Below are positions 12,030 to 24,178 of a stretch of 64,000 bases of DNA, in pieces. The position numbers and the translations under genes are program-made. The notes beneath the pieces were generated by a model. That model saw nothing but the letters and a program-made list of their open reading frames with translations, had not been told where the DNA came from and made no database searches. How positions within the stretch are numbered: the first letter of the stretch is position 1; every line of letters begins with the position of its first letter. The DNA is from Cetorhinus maximus (Eukaryota), in the NCBI RefSeq assembly GCF_964194155.1, contig NC_135883.1, positions 52,328,001-52,392,000 of the forward strand. The letters run 5' to 3'.

Positions 12030-13120
12030 GCAAAAGGATTTCAACAATGGTGTGAATAAAGTGAGAGTAGAGACAGGTCATGTTCAAGTGAAGCAAGTGG
12101 TCTTGGTGATGGATACACAGAGAGTATGAAGCTCAGTTCTGAAAAGAACACTGAGATTATGTGTCATTTGGCTCAACTTGAGCAAGAAGCTTATGGATTT
12201 GGTGTTGATAGCATGGTATAGAGTTTCTGACAGGGTCAGAAAATACTTTGATGGTGAGCAAGGGAAAATGTTGAGTGGTCTAAAGTTGGGTAGGGAGAGG
12301 GTTGAAGGAGCAAAATGAATCCTAGTAGAATAGTTGAAACTGGTATTCGTGGAGGAGGGAATGAGGGAGAAGCTATAGACAGAGGGTCAGGGCTAAGTTG
12401 AGAAAAGGACTGAGGGTGGGTGGGTAGTTGATGGAGATGATGTTGATATCGATTCCAAGTTTGCTCTACTTTTCAAAAGACGTTCAGATTGAACAAATGC
12501 TACTCGCAATTCATCAATATCAACTTACATTTAAATTACATTTTAAATAGTGGTTTGGTAGTGCAGAACTTGAGTATCGCTAATAAAGATATTTTGTTGA
12601 AGCTTTTCACCTTGCACTCATCAGGACAATCACAAGAATACCAATGTTAGGGGAAGCAACAACAGGCTCACGTTTAAATAGTGCCTTTAATGTAGTAAAC
12701 ATAGAATTGGAAGTGCACAGATATCTCAGATATTTGTAGGGCTGTAAGAGGTTACAGAGATATGGAAGAATGAGGTCAAGGAGACATTTGAAACAAAGAT
12801 ATTAATTTTAAAATCAAGGCATTGCTGGACAAGGAGTCAGTATAGGTCGGGGAGTACAGGTTTGATTAGTGAACTAGACTATTGAGTTGAGAAATGGAGT
12901 TTTGGATGAGATCAAAGGAGGAAATATTGAGGCGAGATTTGCCAAAAGTTTGATGAATTTTAAGAGGGTCTTAGAAGAGGAGAGGGAGATGGAAAGAGAA
13001 GCAAGTTTGAAGAAGGAGCTCCATTGTGAAACCACTGAGTGCATGGCTACAGGTGATGGGGTGAAGGGAAGGAGGAAGGGATGCGCAAGGGATTAGAATT
13101 GCAGGAACGTAGAGTTCAGG
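12030..13120 (-). mobile_element. Decayed L2-like LINE fragments
   Basis: Purine-rich segments similar to those at 14430-14650 and 61915-64000; family assignment is from memory of shark L2 3' ends. Confidence 0.55.
12594..12630 (-). ncRNA. Degenerate minimal type I hammerhead ribozyme motif (PLE-associated type)
   Basis: Minus strand reads UUGUC-CUGAUGA-GUGCAAGGU-GAAA-AGCUUC-AACAA: intact core and palindromic AAGCUU helix III, with weakened helices I and II. Confidence 0.55.
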
Positions 13121-14429
13121 CATTGTGTCTTTGTTTTGTTATGGCTTTGCAATCGGAATGAATGTAAATACTCTGTTTCTCATTTTCTACCTTTCCCTCC
13201 CCCTCCGCATTCCAGTTCATGTTCTGAATACAGAAAATCCTGACTTCTTTGATACATCTGGGTTCAACATTATTCTACATACATCCTTTCTATTTCCGGC
13301 CAAGTGGAAAGTTTTCCAACTGCAAAATGGTTTAGCCATTTATCAAATGCAAGCAGGTTCTTGGCTGTGATTTACTCAAAAGTAGTGGGACTGTGACTGC
13401 AGCTGCATTTTTTAAAAAAATTAAATATTCAGTGCAAGAAATGTTAAATAATTTAGTGTTTAGAAAAAGTAACGAAATATTGCAAGCTGGTCAGTATCTG
13501 TAAAGGTAAAGGGCAGTTTTTAATGTTTAGGGTCAGATCTCTTTTCAGAGCTTCTTGTCTCTCAAGTTATCTTTTGTGTATTTGTTTATTAAAGTACTTG
13601 TGGGCTAGAACACAGAAGGGTCTTATTTACCCCAGGAATAAGCAAAATGTTCTCACTTTTCTCAGCTAGAATCGTTATCGTTCTGACTTTCTCTAGAATC
13701 ATTTGGTCAAAAAATTCCTGCTTTTAAATATAATTGTGACATTTTCCTTTAATATAGTTGTATAACTGTTCATTCCTAATGTACTTTGTCATCTTATTGT
13801 AATCTAGGCAAGTTTCTAACATTGAAATGAAAAAAAATTGAGGTGAGATAGTGTTGCATTCGTCTGTGTGAATTTGCTGGCAGACTGGAATGATTTCCAT
13901 TCATTCAGCCTTGCTTGGACATTGTCTAGACAAATGGACTGTAGCTGTTACTTCTGTTTGTGTTCACTAGTTCAGAAGGAGCCAGTATTCTCGTCTGAAA
14001 TTGCAGATGTCTTAAATTAAAGGCACAGCCAAAAGTGATAGAATTTTTTGAGAGTTGCGCAAAATTCAATTTCAACTGGCACAACTTGGTCATATCTTCG
14101 TATTCAGGTTGAAAAGAATTTTCCTAAAGTTGTTGAATTTTTGTTTTAGTTCCAGTGCACTACTTTTTGCCTCAAGGATATGAAATGAGAGCTATTGCCT
14201 CTGTGATAACCCAATAGAAGTCTGGGTCATAAAGTCATAAGAATGTCAACCAGAAGGAAAGCTGGATGTGGCCAATAGAGGTGTTAGTCAAAAGAGCAGC
14301 AACAGTGGTAGCAATATTTTATGTCAACAAAGAACCACCTAATCATGTGGCTCTGGTCACACAATGAAGTAACAAAGTCGATAAATTATTGATGTATCGG
14401 GCTTCATGAAGGAGCAAATCGTACTTCTA

Positions 14430-14650
14430 CGATGGAAACAACTTGCATTTATATAGCCACTTTAACATGGTGATACTCTGAAAGAGTGTTGCCAATCAAA
14501 ACTTAGCACCAAGGAGATATTACTAAAGGCTCAGTCAAAGAGAAAGGTTTTAAGGAACCTCTTAAAGAGAGAAAAGAGAGGTGACAAGGTTGAGGGAGAG
14601 AATTTCTAAGCTTAGGACCCATGCCACCAATGGAGTGGCACTGAAAAATG
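14430..14650 (-). mobile_element. L2-like 3' end fragment
   Basis: ACTTGCATTTATATAGC tail signature and similarity to 61915-62290. Confidence 0.55.
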
Positions 14651-14859
14651 TTTGTTAATATGATTAAAACTTTTGGTTTATATGAACAAAAGTTATTTAT
14701 GACCAAGATCAATATTATTCCTTACATTTTTTATGCATCCATGGGATATGGGCATTGCCCCCTAAAGTCTTTCAAAATGCATTTCTGCACTCTTTCAAAA
14801 TATACTTTCAAATTGGGTCGATCTGTGATTCCCCAGTACTTTTTAGTATTTGTTTTTCT

Positions 14860-15590
14860 TAATATATTTTTTAGTATTTGGGCATTGCTGGAAAGACAGC
14901 ATTTATTATCCTTGAGAAGATGGTTTGTCATTTTCTTGAACTGTTGCAGCCTGTGAGATGAAGGTGCAACCACATTACTGTTAGGGATGAAGTTGCAGAT
15001 TTTTGGCCCAGCGATGATGAAGGTAATGTATTCCATATATTCCCAAGCCAGGATGCTATGCCAATCAAGTGGGCTGTTTTGTCCTGGATGATGTCAGGCT
15101 TCTTGAGTGTTGTTGGAACTGCACTCATCCAGAGTGAAGAATATTCCATCACACTCCTGACTTGTGCCTTTATAGATGGTATACAGGCTTTGAAGTGTCA
15201 CTGGGTGAGCTATTTGCCACAGAATTCCAACCTCTGACCTGTTCCTGTAGCCACATTAATAATATGGCTGGTCGAGTTAACTTTTTGACCAAAGGATGCC
15301 CTCAGGAAGTTGATAGTGGGGAATTCAACAATGGTAATGCCATTGAATCTTAAGATGAGATGGTGAGACTCTCCATTGGCGATAGTCATTGCCTAGCAAT
15401 TTTTACTTACCATTTATTAGCCCAGGCCTGAATAATGTCTGGGGCTTGCTGTACGGGGGTTCAGACTGCTTCAAGATCTGAGCAGGTGCAATTGAAACCG
15501 AATACTGTGCAATCATCAAGTGAACTTCCATGGTTCTGAAGGAGGGAAGGTCGTTGAAGCAGCTGAAAATGATCCAGTTATCCTGACCCT
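14860..15590 (-). mobile_element. 3' fragment of the tRNA-headed LINE family
   Basis: MMEYSSLWMSAVPTTLKKPDIIQDKTAHLIG; colinear with 58050-58980. Confidence 0.8.
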
Positions 15591-15593
15591 TTA

Positions 15594-16293
15594 AGCAGAA
15601 TTTTACACTTCCCTCCGTTGGGGATTAGTAGGCAGGGAGTGGCAGTAAAATTTCTTGGAAGACCTTTCCACTGGATTCCTGCCCCAATCTCTCCTCAATT
15701 TTACGCCGGGACAGAGGAGACCTAGGCCAGCCAACCCACCCTTGGCCCAGTTGAGGTCCTTAAGTGGCCAATCATTAACTACTTAAGGGCCGGTTACCTC
15801 CCAGTCAAAATTTTCAGGCTGGCGGGAAGAGTTCGAGGGGAGTGAGGAAGCCTGAAAAGCGGTGCCTCAGCAGCCTCCTTTTAAAATCAGGCATCCCCTG
15901 CAAAAAGGACTGGCCCCTGCAGGTCCTCCCTTCCACCACCCCGAACTCTTCATCCAACTTCCCCACCCCTGGGCCTCACCTCGCCATCCTGCCCTAAGAC
16001 CCCCAAAACTTAGTTGCGTCTGGTCTCCCAGGACTTAGGCTCTGGGAACTCCTTGCAATCCCAGTCCTGTCTGCTGCAGCTTCTGGTGCTGCAGGAACTG
16101 GAGAGGTGCTGGCCAATCAGATTGGTCAGCAGCTCTCTGAAGTGGGACTTCCTCCCAAGTGAGGGGCGAAGTCCCACCTCCAGCCAATTATGCTTGTCGG
16201 AGTGTTAAATGGCAGTGGGGCAGGCAGTACCATGTTCTCTGCCGCCAACTCAGATGGCGGAAAGGGAAACCCCACCATCCTAAAACTCAGGCC
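15594..16293. mobile_element. Older Harbinger-type MITE
   Basis: Degenerate ends AGCAGAATTTTAC / CTAAAACTCAGGCC; internal CTTAAGTGGCCAAT motif shared with 52655-54090. Confidence 0.5.
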
Positions 16294-16295
16294 TC

Positions 16296-17690
16296 TGTTT
16301 CCTGTCAGCTAATCCTCTTTCCATCTTAATATATAACCCCCAACACCATGAGCTCTGATTTTGTACAGTAACCTTTTATGTGGCACATTATCAAATGCCT
16401 TTTGAAAATCTAAATACACTACATCTGCTGGTTCCCCTTTATCCACTCTGCTTGTCGGGTCCTCAAAGAACTCCAATAAATTTATCAAACATGATTTCCC
16501 TTCACAAATCATGTTGACTCTGCCTGATTGAATCCTGATTTTCTAAATGCCCTGCTACTACTTCGTTAACAATGGATTGCAGCCTTTTCCCAATGACAGA
16601 TGTTAGGTGAACTGACCTATCGTTTCCTGCTTTCTGTCTCTCTCCTTTGTTGAACAGAGGTGTTACATTTGTGATTTTCCAATATGCTGGGACCTTTCCA
16701 GAATCTAGGGGATATTTGAAGATTAGAACCAATATATCCACTATCTCAGCAGCAACTTCTTTTAAGATTTTAGGATGTAGGCCATCAGGCCCAGGGGACT
16801 TGTCAGCCTTTGGCCCATTAGCTTTCCTAGTACTTTTTATTGAGTGATTTTAATTGTTTTAAGTTCCCCTCCCCTTTTTGCCCCCCTGCTTTTCTGCTAT
16901 TCTTGGGATGATTTTTTTGTGTCTTCTACTGTGAAGACAGACACAAAATACTTGTTCAAAGTCTCTGCCATTCCCTTGTTTCCCATTATTAATTCCACAG
17001 TCTCATCTTCTGAGGGACCAACACTCACTTTAGCTACTCTTTTCATTTTTATATGTTTGTAGAAGCTTTTACTGCCTGTTTTTATATTCCTTGCTAGCAT
17101 TCCCTCATACTCCGATTTCTCACTTTTTTGTTACCCTTTGCTGGTTTCCAAAATGTTCCCAACCGTCTAGCCTCCACTAATCTTTGCAGCACTGTATGTC
17201 TTTTCTTCTCAATTTGAAACCATCCTTAACTTCTTAAACTAGCCACAGATGATATCTCCTTCTCGTCATCTTTCTTTCTCAATAGAATATATCTTTGAGA
17301 GTTATGAAATATATCCTCAAATGCCTGCCACTGTTCTGTGCCATCTTACCTTTTAACCAATTTTCCCATTATACTTTAACAAACTGTCTTCATACCTTAT
17401 AATTGCCTTGTTAAAGTTTTAGTCTCTAGTTTCAGACCCACATTTCACACCTTCAAACTGAATGTGAAATTCTATCATGTTATGATCACTTTTACCCCAT
17501 GAGGATCCTTTACTTTGAAGTCATCAGTTAATCCTGTTTCATTACAGATTACCAGGTCCATTGGTTGGTTCCAGAACATATTGTTCTAAGAAACTGCCCT
17601 CCATATACTCTATGAGCATTACCTCCAGACCATCTTTGCCAATTTGATTCATTCAATCCATATGCAGTTAAAATCTTCCATGATTATTGC
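16296..17690 (-). mobile_element. CR1 ORF2 fragment
   Basis: GKSCLINLLEFFE..VVYLDFQKAFDNVPH; WKITNVTPLF. Confidence 0.9.
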
Positions 17691-17696
17691 TAACTC

Positions 17697-19255
17697 TAGG
17701 ACACAAGTCCTCAGCATACAACTGGGATGTTGTTGGAACCTATTGCCTTTGCTGTATCCGCTGCCAATGGCCGTTTCTTGACATCGTGTGTAGTGATTCA
17801 ATTTGTCTGAAGACTGGCTTTTGTGATGTCTGGGACCTCAGGCGGACTCAGTCATGGAGCACTCTCTTGGCACTTCCAGCTGAAGTTGGCTGCAAATGCT
17901 TCAGCCTTGACTTGTGCGCTCAGGCACTGGGCTCCCCATCATTGAGCATGGGGGTGCTCGTTGAGCTGCCTCCTCCAATTAGTTGTTTAATTGCCCACTA
18001 CTTGGATTTGGTTGGGCTCCAGTGTTTCACCAGGTTTCTGCTTTTTAAGTATGTTTGTTGCTTCCCTTGGTAAGCTGTTCAACACTATTCATTGAACCGG
18101 CATTGGTCCGTGTCTTGATGGTAAAGTGAGGGATATGCTGAGCAATGAGCTTGCAGATTGTAGTGGAATATAATTCTGCTGATGCTAATTACCCACAACA
18201 CTTCATGGAGTCCCAGCTTTGTGCTGAGAGCTTTTGAAACTATCCCAGTTAGCACAGTGGCTGTGCGACACGTGATGGAAGGTGTCCTCAGTGTGGAAGT
18301 GGGAACTCTGCCTCTGCAAGGTGGTCACTCTTGCCAATACTGTCATGGACAGATGCATCTGTGACAGATAGATTAGTGAAAATGAAAACAAGTAAGTTTT
18401 TTTCCTCTCGTTAGTTCTTTCACTGTCTTCCCTGCGCAGGCCCAGTATGACAGCTGCGAGCTTCAGGACGAGGCCAGTTCAGCCAGTAGTAGTGCTACTG
18501 TGTCATTCTTGGTGATCGGCTTCGAAGTCCCCTACATTTTGTACCCTTGATGCCCCCAGTGCTTCTTTCAGAGGGTACTCAAAATGGAGGAGCACTGATT
18601 TATCAGCTAAGGGAGGGCAGTAAATAGGAATGAGCAGGAGGTTTCCTTGCCCAGGCTTAGCCTGATACCACAAGACTTGATAGGGCCTGTAGTCAGGGAC
18701 ACTCCCTTCTGACTGTGTAACTCTTGCTGTCACTGGCTTGGCTGATAACTATGATTCTGTGGGTAGGACTATGTCAGGCTGTCGCTTGCTCTGTGAGAAA
18801 GCTCTTGGTACAACTTTTGGTATAAATCTCCAGATGTTAGTGAGGAAGACTGAGTGTGCCTTCACTGTGTCTGAGTCCAGTGCCTAGGTTAATGCTAGGT
18901 GGTCCATCTGGTTTTATTCCTGTTATACTTTGTCGAAACAGTTTCGTGCAACTGAGTGGTTTGCCAAGCCGTTTCAGAGGGCAGTTAAGAGTCGGTCAGT
19001 CTGGTGTCACGTATAGGCTTGAGTAAGAGCAGAAGATTTCTTTCCCTAAAGAGCATTAAAGAACCAGGTGCATTTTTACAACAATCAGTAGTTACATGGT
19101 TGTCATTACTGCTTTTTATTCTGGATTTTAAAAAAATTAATTGAATTTAAATTTCCGAGTTGCTGTTTCAGGCTTTGAACTCATGACTCCAGATCATTAG
19201 TCCAAGTCTCTGGATTACTAGTCCACCGATATTATCAGCATGCTATCATACCCCG
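17697..19255 (-). mobile_element. 5' half (tRNA-like head + APE domain) of the tRNA-headed LINE family, older copy
   Basis: Colinear with 59500-61058, including the head (GGACTAGTAATCCAGAGAC, B-box-like GAGTTCAAAGCC on minus); APE-like GNLLLIPIYCPP..GDF. Confidence 0.8.
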
Positions 19256-20179
19256 TTAACTTCATGATTTCATGGAGAGTTACTGTAGATAATGTGGTGC
19301 ATTGTAAAATCCCTTGATACACTGCAGCTGAGATAATCTAACTGAGAATGTATTGGGAATTGAAACTAGAATGTTTCTTGTTTGTACGGCTTAGTTGCAT
19401 GCTAAGTAGTGTCTTTGCCAACTATTAGAGGAGCTACAATTTGAATTTCTTTCTCTGTTGGATGTTTGTGGAAGCTATGGTTTTACTAGTCATGACTAGA
19501 TTTGAATTCCTGGGAACTGCTTTATATAGGTGTTATACTGCAGCCAACAAGATATTACCTCATAGCCAGACTACCACTTTGGATAGACTCCATTGTAGTT
19601 TGAATTGTTTTTGGCAATCTGATAATAGGATTTTTCGTACCATTACTGCATATGACAACAGTTGCTAGGTAGTAACTCATGGGAGTCTATTAAGTTAGTG
19701 CAATCAGCTACTTCTATGACAAAGTCCCTCAGTTTATCAAATTGTAGTGCATTAACCACATGTAGCTTTGCTTGGTTGCTTACAGCTTTTACTATAACAT
19801 TAAATTATTAGCCCTTGAGTCCAAAAACACTTGGTCCATTAAAAAGAAATGATATGAAACTTGAAAATAAGAAAAGATGAGCTTTCTCCATAATTTAATT
19901 AATTAGATAAGGAGATTTATTGCAGATTTGTCACTTGGGGTTGACACCTTCCATTTCTTTTAGGGGTACTGCTGTGGAAATTTTGAACTTGATATTCTGG
20001 AAAATTTCAAAATGTAAACCAGATACTAATATCTGTGAGGCTGTTATAAACATCTTGTTGATGATAATTCCGAGAAATAAATATTTCCTTAGACTGGATT
20101 TTTTTTAACTAGTGCTGAAATAACAATGAGTATCACGTTTGATTTAACTCCTGGGAAGTCAGCTTTAACTTCATTATTA

Positions 20180-20695
20180 AAGAAAAGAAAGAACTTGCAT
20201 TTACACAGCGCCTTTCATACCCTCTGGATTTTCTAAAGCACCTGACAACCAATAAAGTGCTTTTGAAGTGGCGTAGGTGACGTAATTTAAGGAATTATGG
20301 TGTCTAATTTGTGCAGTGTGATCCCAGAAAAAGCTGTGGTGATAAATTACTGGATAATCTTGTTTTTGCATTTGTTCAGGGATAAATGTTGGCTAGAATT
20401 CCAGGAGAAAATCCTTGCTCCTTTTCAAATAATAGTTGAGGTCATTTACATCCAAGTGAAAGAAAACAAGGCCTTTCTCAAATCAGTTCGATGGCTCACT
20501 TGAAAAATGGCATTTCCAACAACACATCCCCTCAGTCCTGCATTGAAGTGTCAGCCGAGTTTATGTGCTCAATTCTCGCTCGTGGGGATTGTGCCTCGAT
20601 GGGCCAAATGGTTTCCTTTTGTGCCGTTATGACTCTCTGAGCCCATGACTTTCAAATTCAAGAGGTGGGAGTATGATCACTGAGTCAAGGCTGGC
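20180..20695 (-). mobile_element. Deu-domain SINE (SacSINE1/AmnSINE-like)
   Basis: Reverse complement resembles 44315-44760; tail TGTAAATGCAAGTTCTTTCTTTTC; a short CR1 tail is inserted at about 20598-20637. Confidence 0.7.
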
Positions 20696-21576
20696 CTTTT
20701 GTGATTGTAATATTAACCCTGTAGAACTAAATATATTATCTTTAAAGCATAATTTTAATTATTTTTTAATTTTAATGCTTTGGTTTACATGCCTTGCAAC
20801 TGACGTGGGATGCATGCAACACTTTTAAATATGAAAGTTTCTTTAGTATCAAAACTCAAAAGCACTGTACCCATAAGTGCTGCCAGAGCTTGATGACACC
20901 AAGAGAAGTAAATAGTATATGCTCAGAGGTCAACATAGTTTATTTTGAGAGTTCTTACATCAGGTGCAGCTAAAGCCAGGATTCCATCCCTTTTTTTGAC
21001 TCTATGCATCCCCTGTTCAAGTTTGAGCTTTGAGGAGTAGAGGGAGTGGCATAGAGATGCCAATCTTTCTTATTCCCCCAAAGATCAGTGGAAGATTGAT
21101 TAGATCATAATATTTTGACGTCTCTTCTGATGACTTTGCCAAAGAAGAATCTTGGTGTTGTTAGTTCACAAGGGGTTAAATTCACAGACACGCAATTCTA
21201 GGGATGTGGATTAGGGTTCAGATAAAGCATCCATCCAATGCTTGCGACAATGGAAGTTTGTTTGAAATTATAGTGATCACCCCACACCTATTACTTTTGG
21301 GCAGGACTGACGCATTCTGGAGCAGCTTGAGAGAGCTGCTGCTGATCCTCTAAGCAATGGAGCAGTTAAAACTAATTTGCTAATTTATGTTGCCCCAATC
21401 ACTCTGAAGCGTTGTTCAAACTGCCTTTCAAAAAATTGGAGAAGGGCACATGGAGGCACGTTTGCAATTACAGTGACAATTTTAAGCAGGTTTCATTGTG
21501 GCCCTCCCTGGTTCCTGATTATCTTTGGGCAGCAACAATAAACTCCTGATCATAAGAAATGTGGGATCTGCTTTGG

Positions 21577-21717
21577 AGAGAAAAACAAAAAACTACTGCG
21601 GATGCTGGAAATCCAAAACAAAAACAAAATTACCTGGAAAAACTCAGCAGGTCTGGCAGCATCGGTGGAGAAGAAAAGAGATGACGTTTCGAGTCCTCAT
21701 GACCCTTCAGCAGAACT
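21577..21717 (-). mobile_element. Short Penelope terminal (pLTR) fragment
   Basis: Close match to 48390-48521; contains the hammerhead-like CUGCUGA-AGGGUC-AUGAG-GACUC-GAAACGUC on minus. Confidence 0.8.
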
Positions 21718-21783
21718 GACAGACCCTTCAGTTTCTTTGAACGCTTGTTTATTAGTTATAAAAATATTGGAGCTGAGATTGAA

Positions 21784-22380
21784 GGGCTGGATTTTCAATT
21801 GCCAACAGGATTGGGGCCTGGAGTGCGGCAATTTAAAAATCACTTTCCCGGAGGGCGTCTCTGTACCTGGACGCCTCCAGGATGCACCACAATTTTCACA
21901 TGGAGTTTCTAATTAACAGCCCATTAAGTTCCCTGAGGGGCATTTTAACAGAACGGGGAGGGTAATTTTCAATGTAGAACTTGGCGAGCCCAAGCAGTCT
22001 GGCCCATATTAATGCACATCTATTGAGCCCAGTGTGAGGGGAACTGAAAATTTGTTTTTATTCGATGAAAAGGATATGACACTGTACGCTTTACCTTCAT
22101 TTAGGCTGTGGCCACTTTCCTTTGTGTTAATGCTTCTGACCCTGGAGGTGCTGCCTTCTCTCTTTGGCAAGGCAGTGGCAGGCCCCATCATGGCTGTCAT
22201 CTGTCTTTGCCACTGGCGCTGTGCAGGCAGCTCCCGCCTCCTGGAGATGCTTGGCGCCGTTAATTAGGCGATGAGCTTGCCTCCTTCCTGATTAGGGCAT
22301 TGACAGAGTAGCAGCATGGGGTCAGGACCAGGAAATTATCTGGATGTTGTCTTCCCAATCTTGCTTTGAAAATCCGACCC
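21784..22380. mobile_element. Harbinger-type MITE, older subfamily
   Basis: TIRs GGGCTGGATTTTCAA / TTGAAAATCCGACCC; no clean TSD. Confidence 0.65.
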
Positions 22381-23335
22381 AACGAGTATAGTTGCTTTGC
22401 AATAGCCTAGGAAGGCAGGTTGTTGTGAGAATGGATGCGTCAATGACCAATGGCAGGAATTTGGGCACAGAGTGGTCGAAGGTAGGAAGTCATGTAATGA
22501 AACCTCCAGTATACATCAAGCCAGAGTTGGTAACCATAGAGACACTGAGATCGAGAGAATATCTAGAACTATACAATCAAACTGTCAAAACATTAGATTT
22601 GCTACCACAGTACCATTTCAAAGTATTTGTAGATAGGATTAATGGCATTTTAATGTCTGCCATTTTTTTGAGTAATGGGTTGAATGCTATAAAATGGAGT
22701 TATTGCCTTCCAGTATGGCCTCAATCAACAAGCTGAAGCAGTCCAAAACCTGAATTCACTTTGTTTTTTGTTGGGTAGGTTTTTAAAGAACTTTCTGTGT
22801 TGTGCATAGCTTGTGTATGAATTTTACACAGAGATGTAATTGTTTAGTGCATAAGTTATCTTGAGAGATATATTTTAAGTTTGTTTATTTGGTTGTCTAG
22901 TCATCATCTGGCACTTGCTTAGGGTATGGCTGACAAAAGATGTAAAGAAATTTGTCTGGGTTTCCCATGGTTGCTATGGAAGCTTAGATTTTTTCTCCAG
23001 ATTGTTCTTTAGAATGGGGCTATTTATTTATTGGATTTTCAGATATGTCAGATTTATTTGGTTGATGAAAGCAGCTGGACAGTGTGCATCTGTGTGGGTG
23101 ATGAAAGGGAAATATGTTTGAAATGTGCTATACAGAGGTGCTTGCACTGACTGACATTGCTATGGCTTGCCTGCAAAACAAAGAAACTGCAGGGAAGTGT
23201 TTGTGTCAGTTTCCCTGTAATGAATTAGGGTATGAATTAAACGTGTATGGATCCTCAAAATGCGCATTTGTCATTCTTGACATAAATGCCTAAAGAATAA
23301 ATATGAACAGACGGCGTTTATAAATTAAAATCATT

Positions 23336-24178
23336 GGCTCTATATTTGCAGGGAGGTAGCAAGGGTGCGGGGCAAGCTTTGTGAGGCCAGGGCATGGAGG
23401 TCCTGCCAAATTTCATGACAGGCCCTCATTAAAATGTTTTTCTTCCATTTCCTGTACAGAAGCTGGCCCGATTTACAGGCTGGTCAGCTGCTAGACTGGA
23501 AAACTGGTGGTCAGGTCACAACCTTGAGGACCCTTTGGGACGAGATGGAATGGTCCCCAGCAATCATGATTGTGGGGCAGGCTGCGGATCAGGGAGTTGT
23601 TGGGGGTGGTGGGGGAGGGGTTTTTGGAGAAGGGGGTCAATTGCAGGGCAGGTCACAGTGGGGATTGGAAAGTGAGGGTGGTCAGTTGTAGGGTGGGTTG
23701 GATGTGGGGTAGGCTGGAGATCAGGTGTTGGGAGGGGGAAAAGTCACCCATTGTGGGGCAGAGCTTGGTGTGGAGGTGATGGGGATCAGGTGTGATCGGA
23801 TTGTGGCAGGCAGTGGGTTGATGAGAGAAGAGGCTCAATTAAGTGGAGAGGTTGAAGGGTGAAGGAGCAGCACACCTCCTCCTGGTACACGAGGAATGCA
23901 ACAAAAATCACTTACCTTCTGGAGCCGGTTCACTGCCAGGTTTACCAGGCCCTAGGAACCCCAACCATCAACTATTTAATTTATATCAGGCTCTGTTATG
24001 AGAGCTTTGGGTTTAGCATGTTAATGAAGAGTCTCTATCTCCAAACTGGGACAGCCGCACAACATGCTACTCACCAAAGTGAAAATGTAAACGTGCACTT
24101 GCTGCTGGGTTGAGGACTCATATATTTTAGGATTTAACCCCCTCCCTCTCATCATGTAAAGGGCTTAATATTCACCCC
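23336..24178. mobile_element. Possible old MITE-like insertion
   Basis: GC/G-rich island in an AT-rich intron, flanked by ATT/ATT; terminal inverted similarity is weak. Confidence 0.35.

Noticed and set aside
13180-13360. Polypyrimidine tract plus CAG followed by ..TENPDFF.., superficially like the preceding PXDN exon (YENPGVF)
   Set aside because: The rest of the translation has none of the expected LARILCDN / WQDCC residues; chance match.
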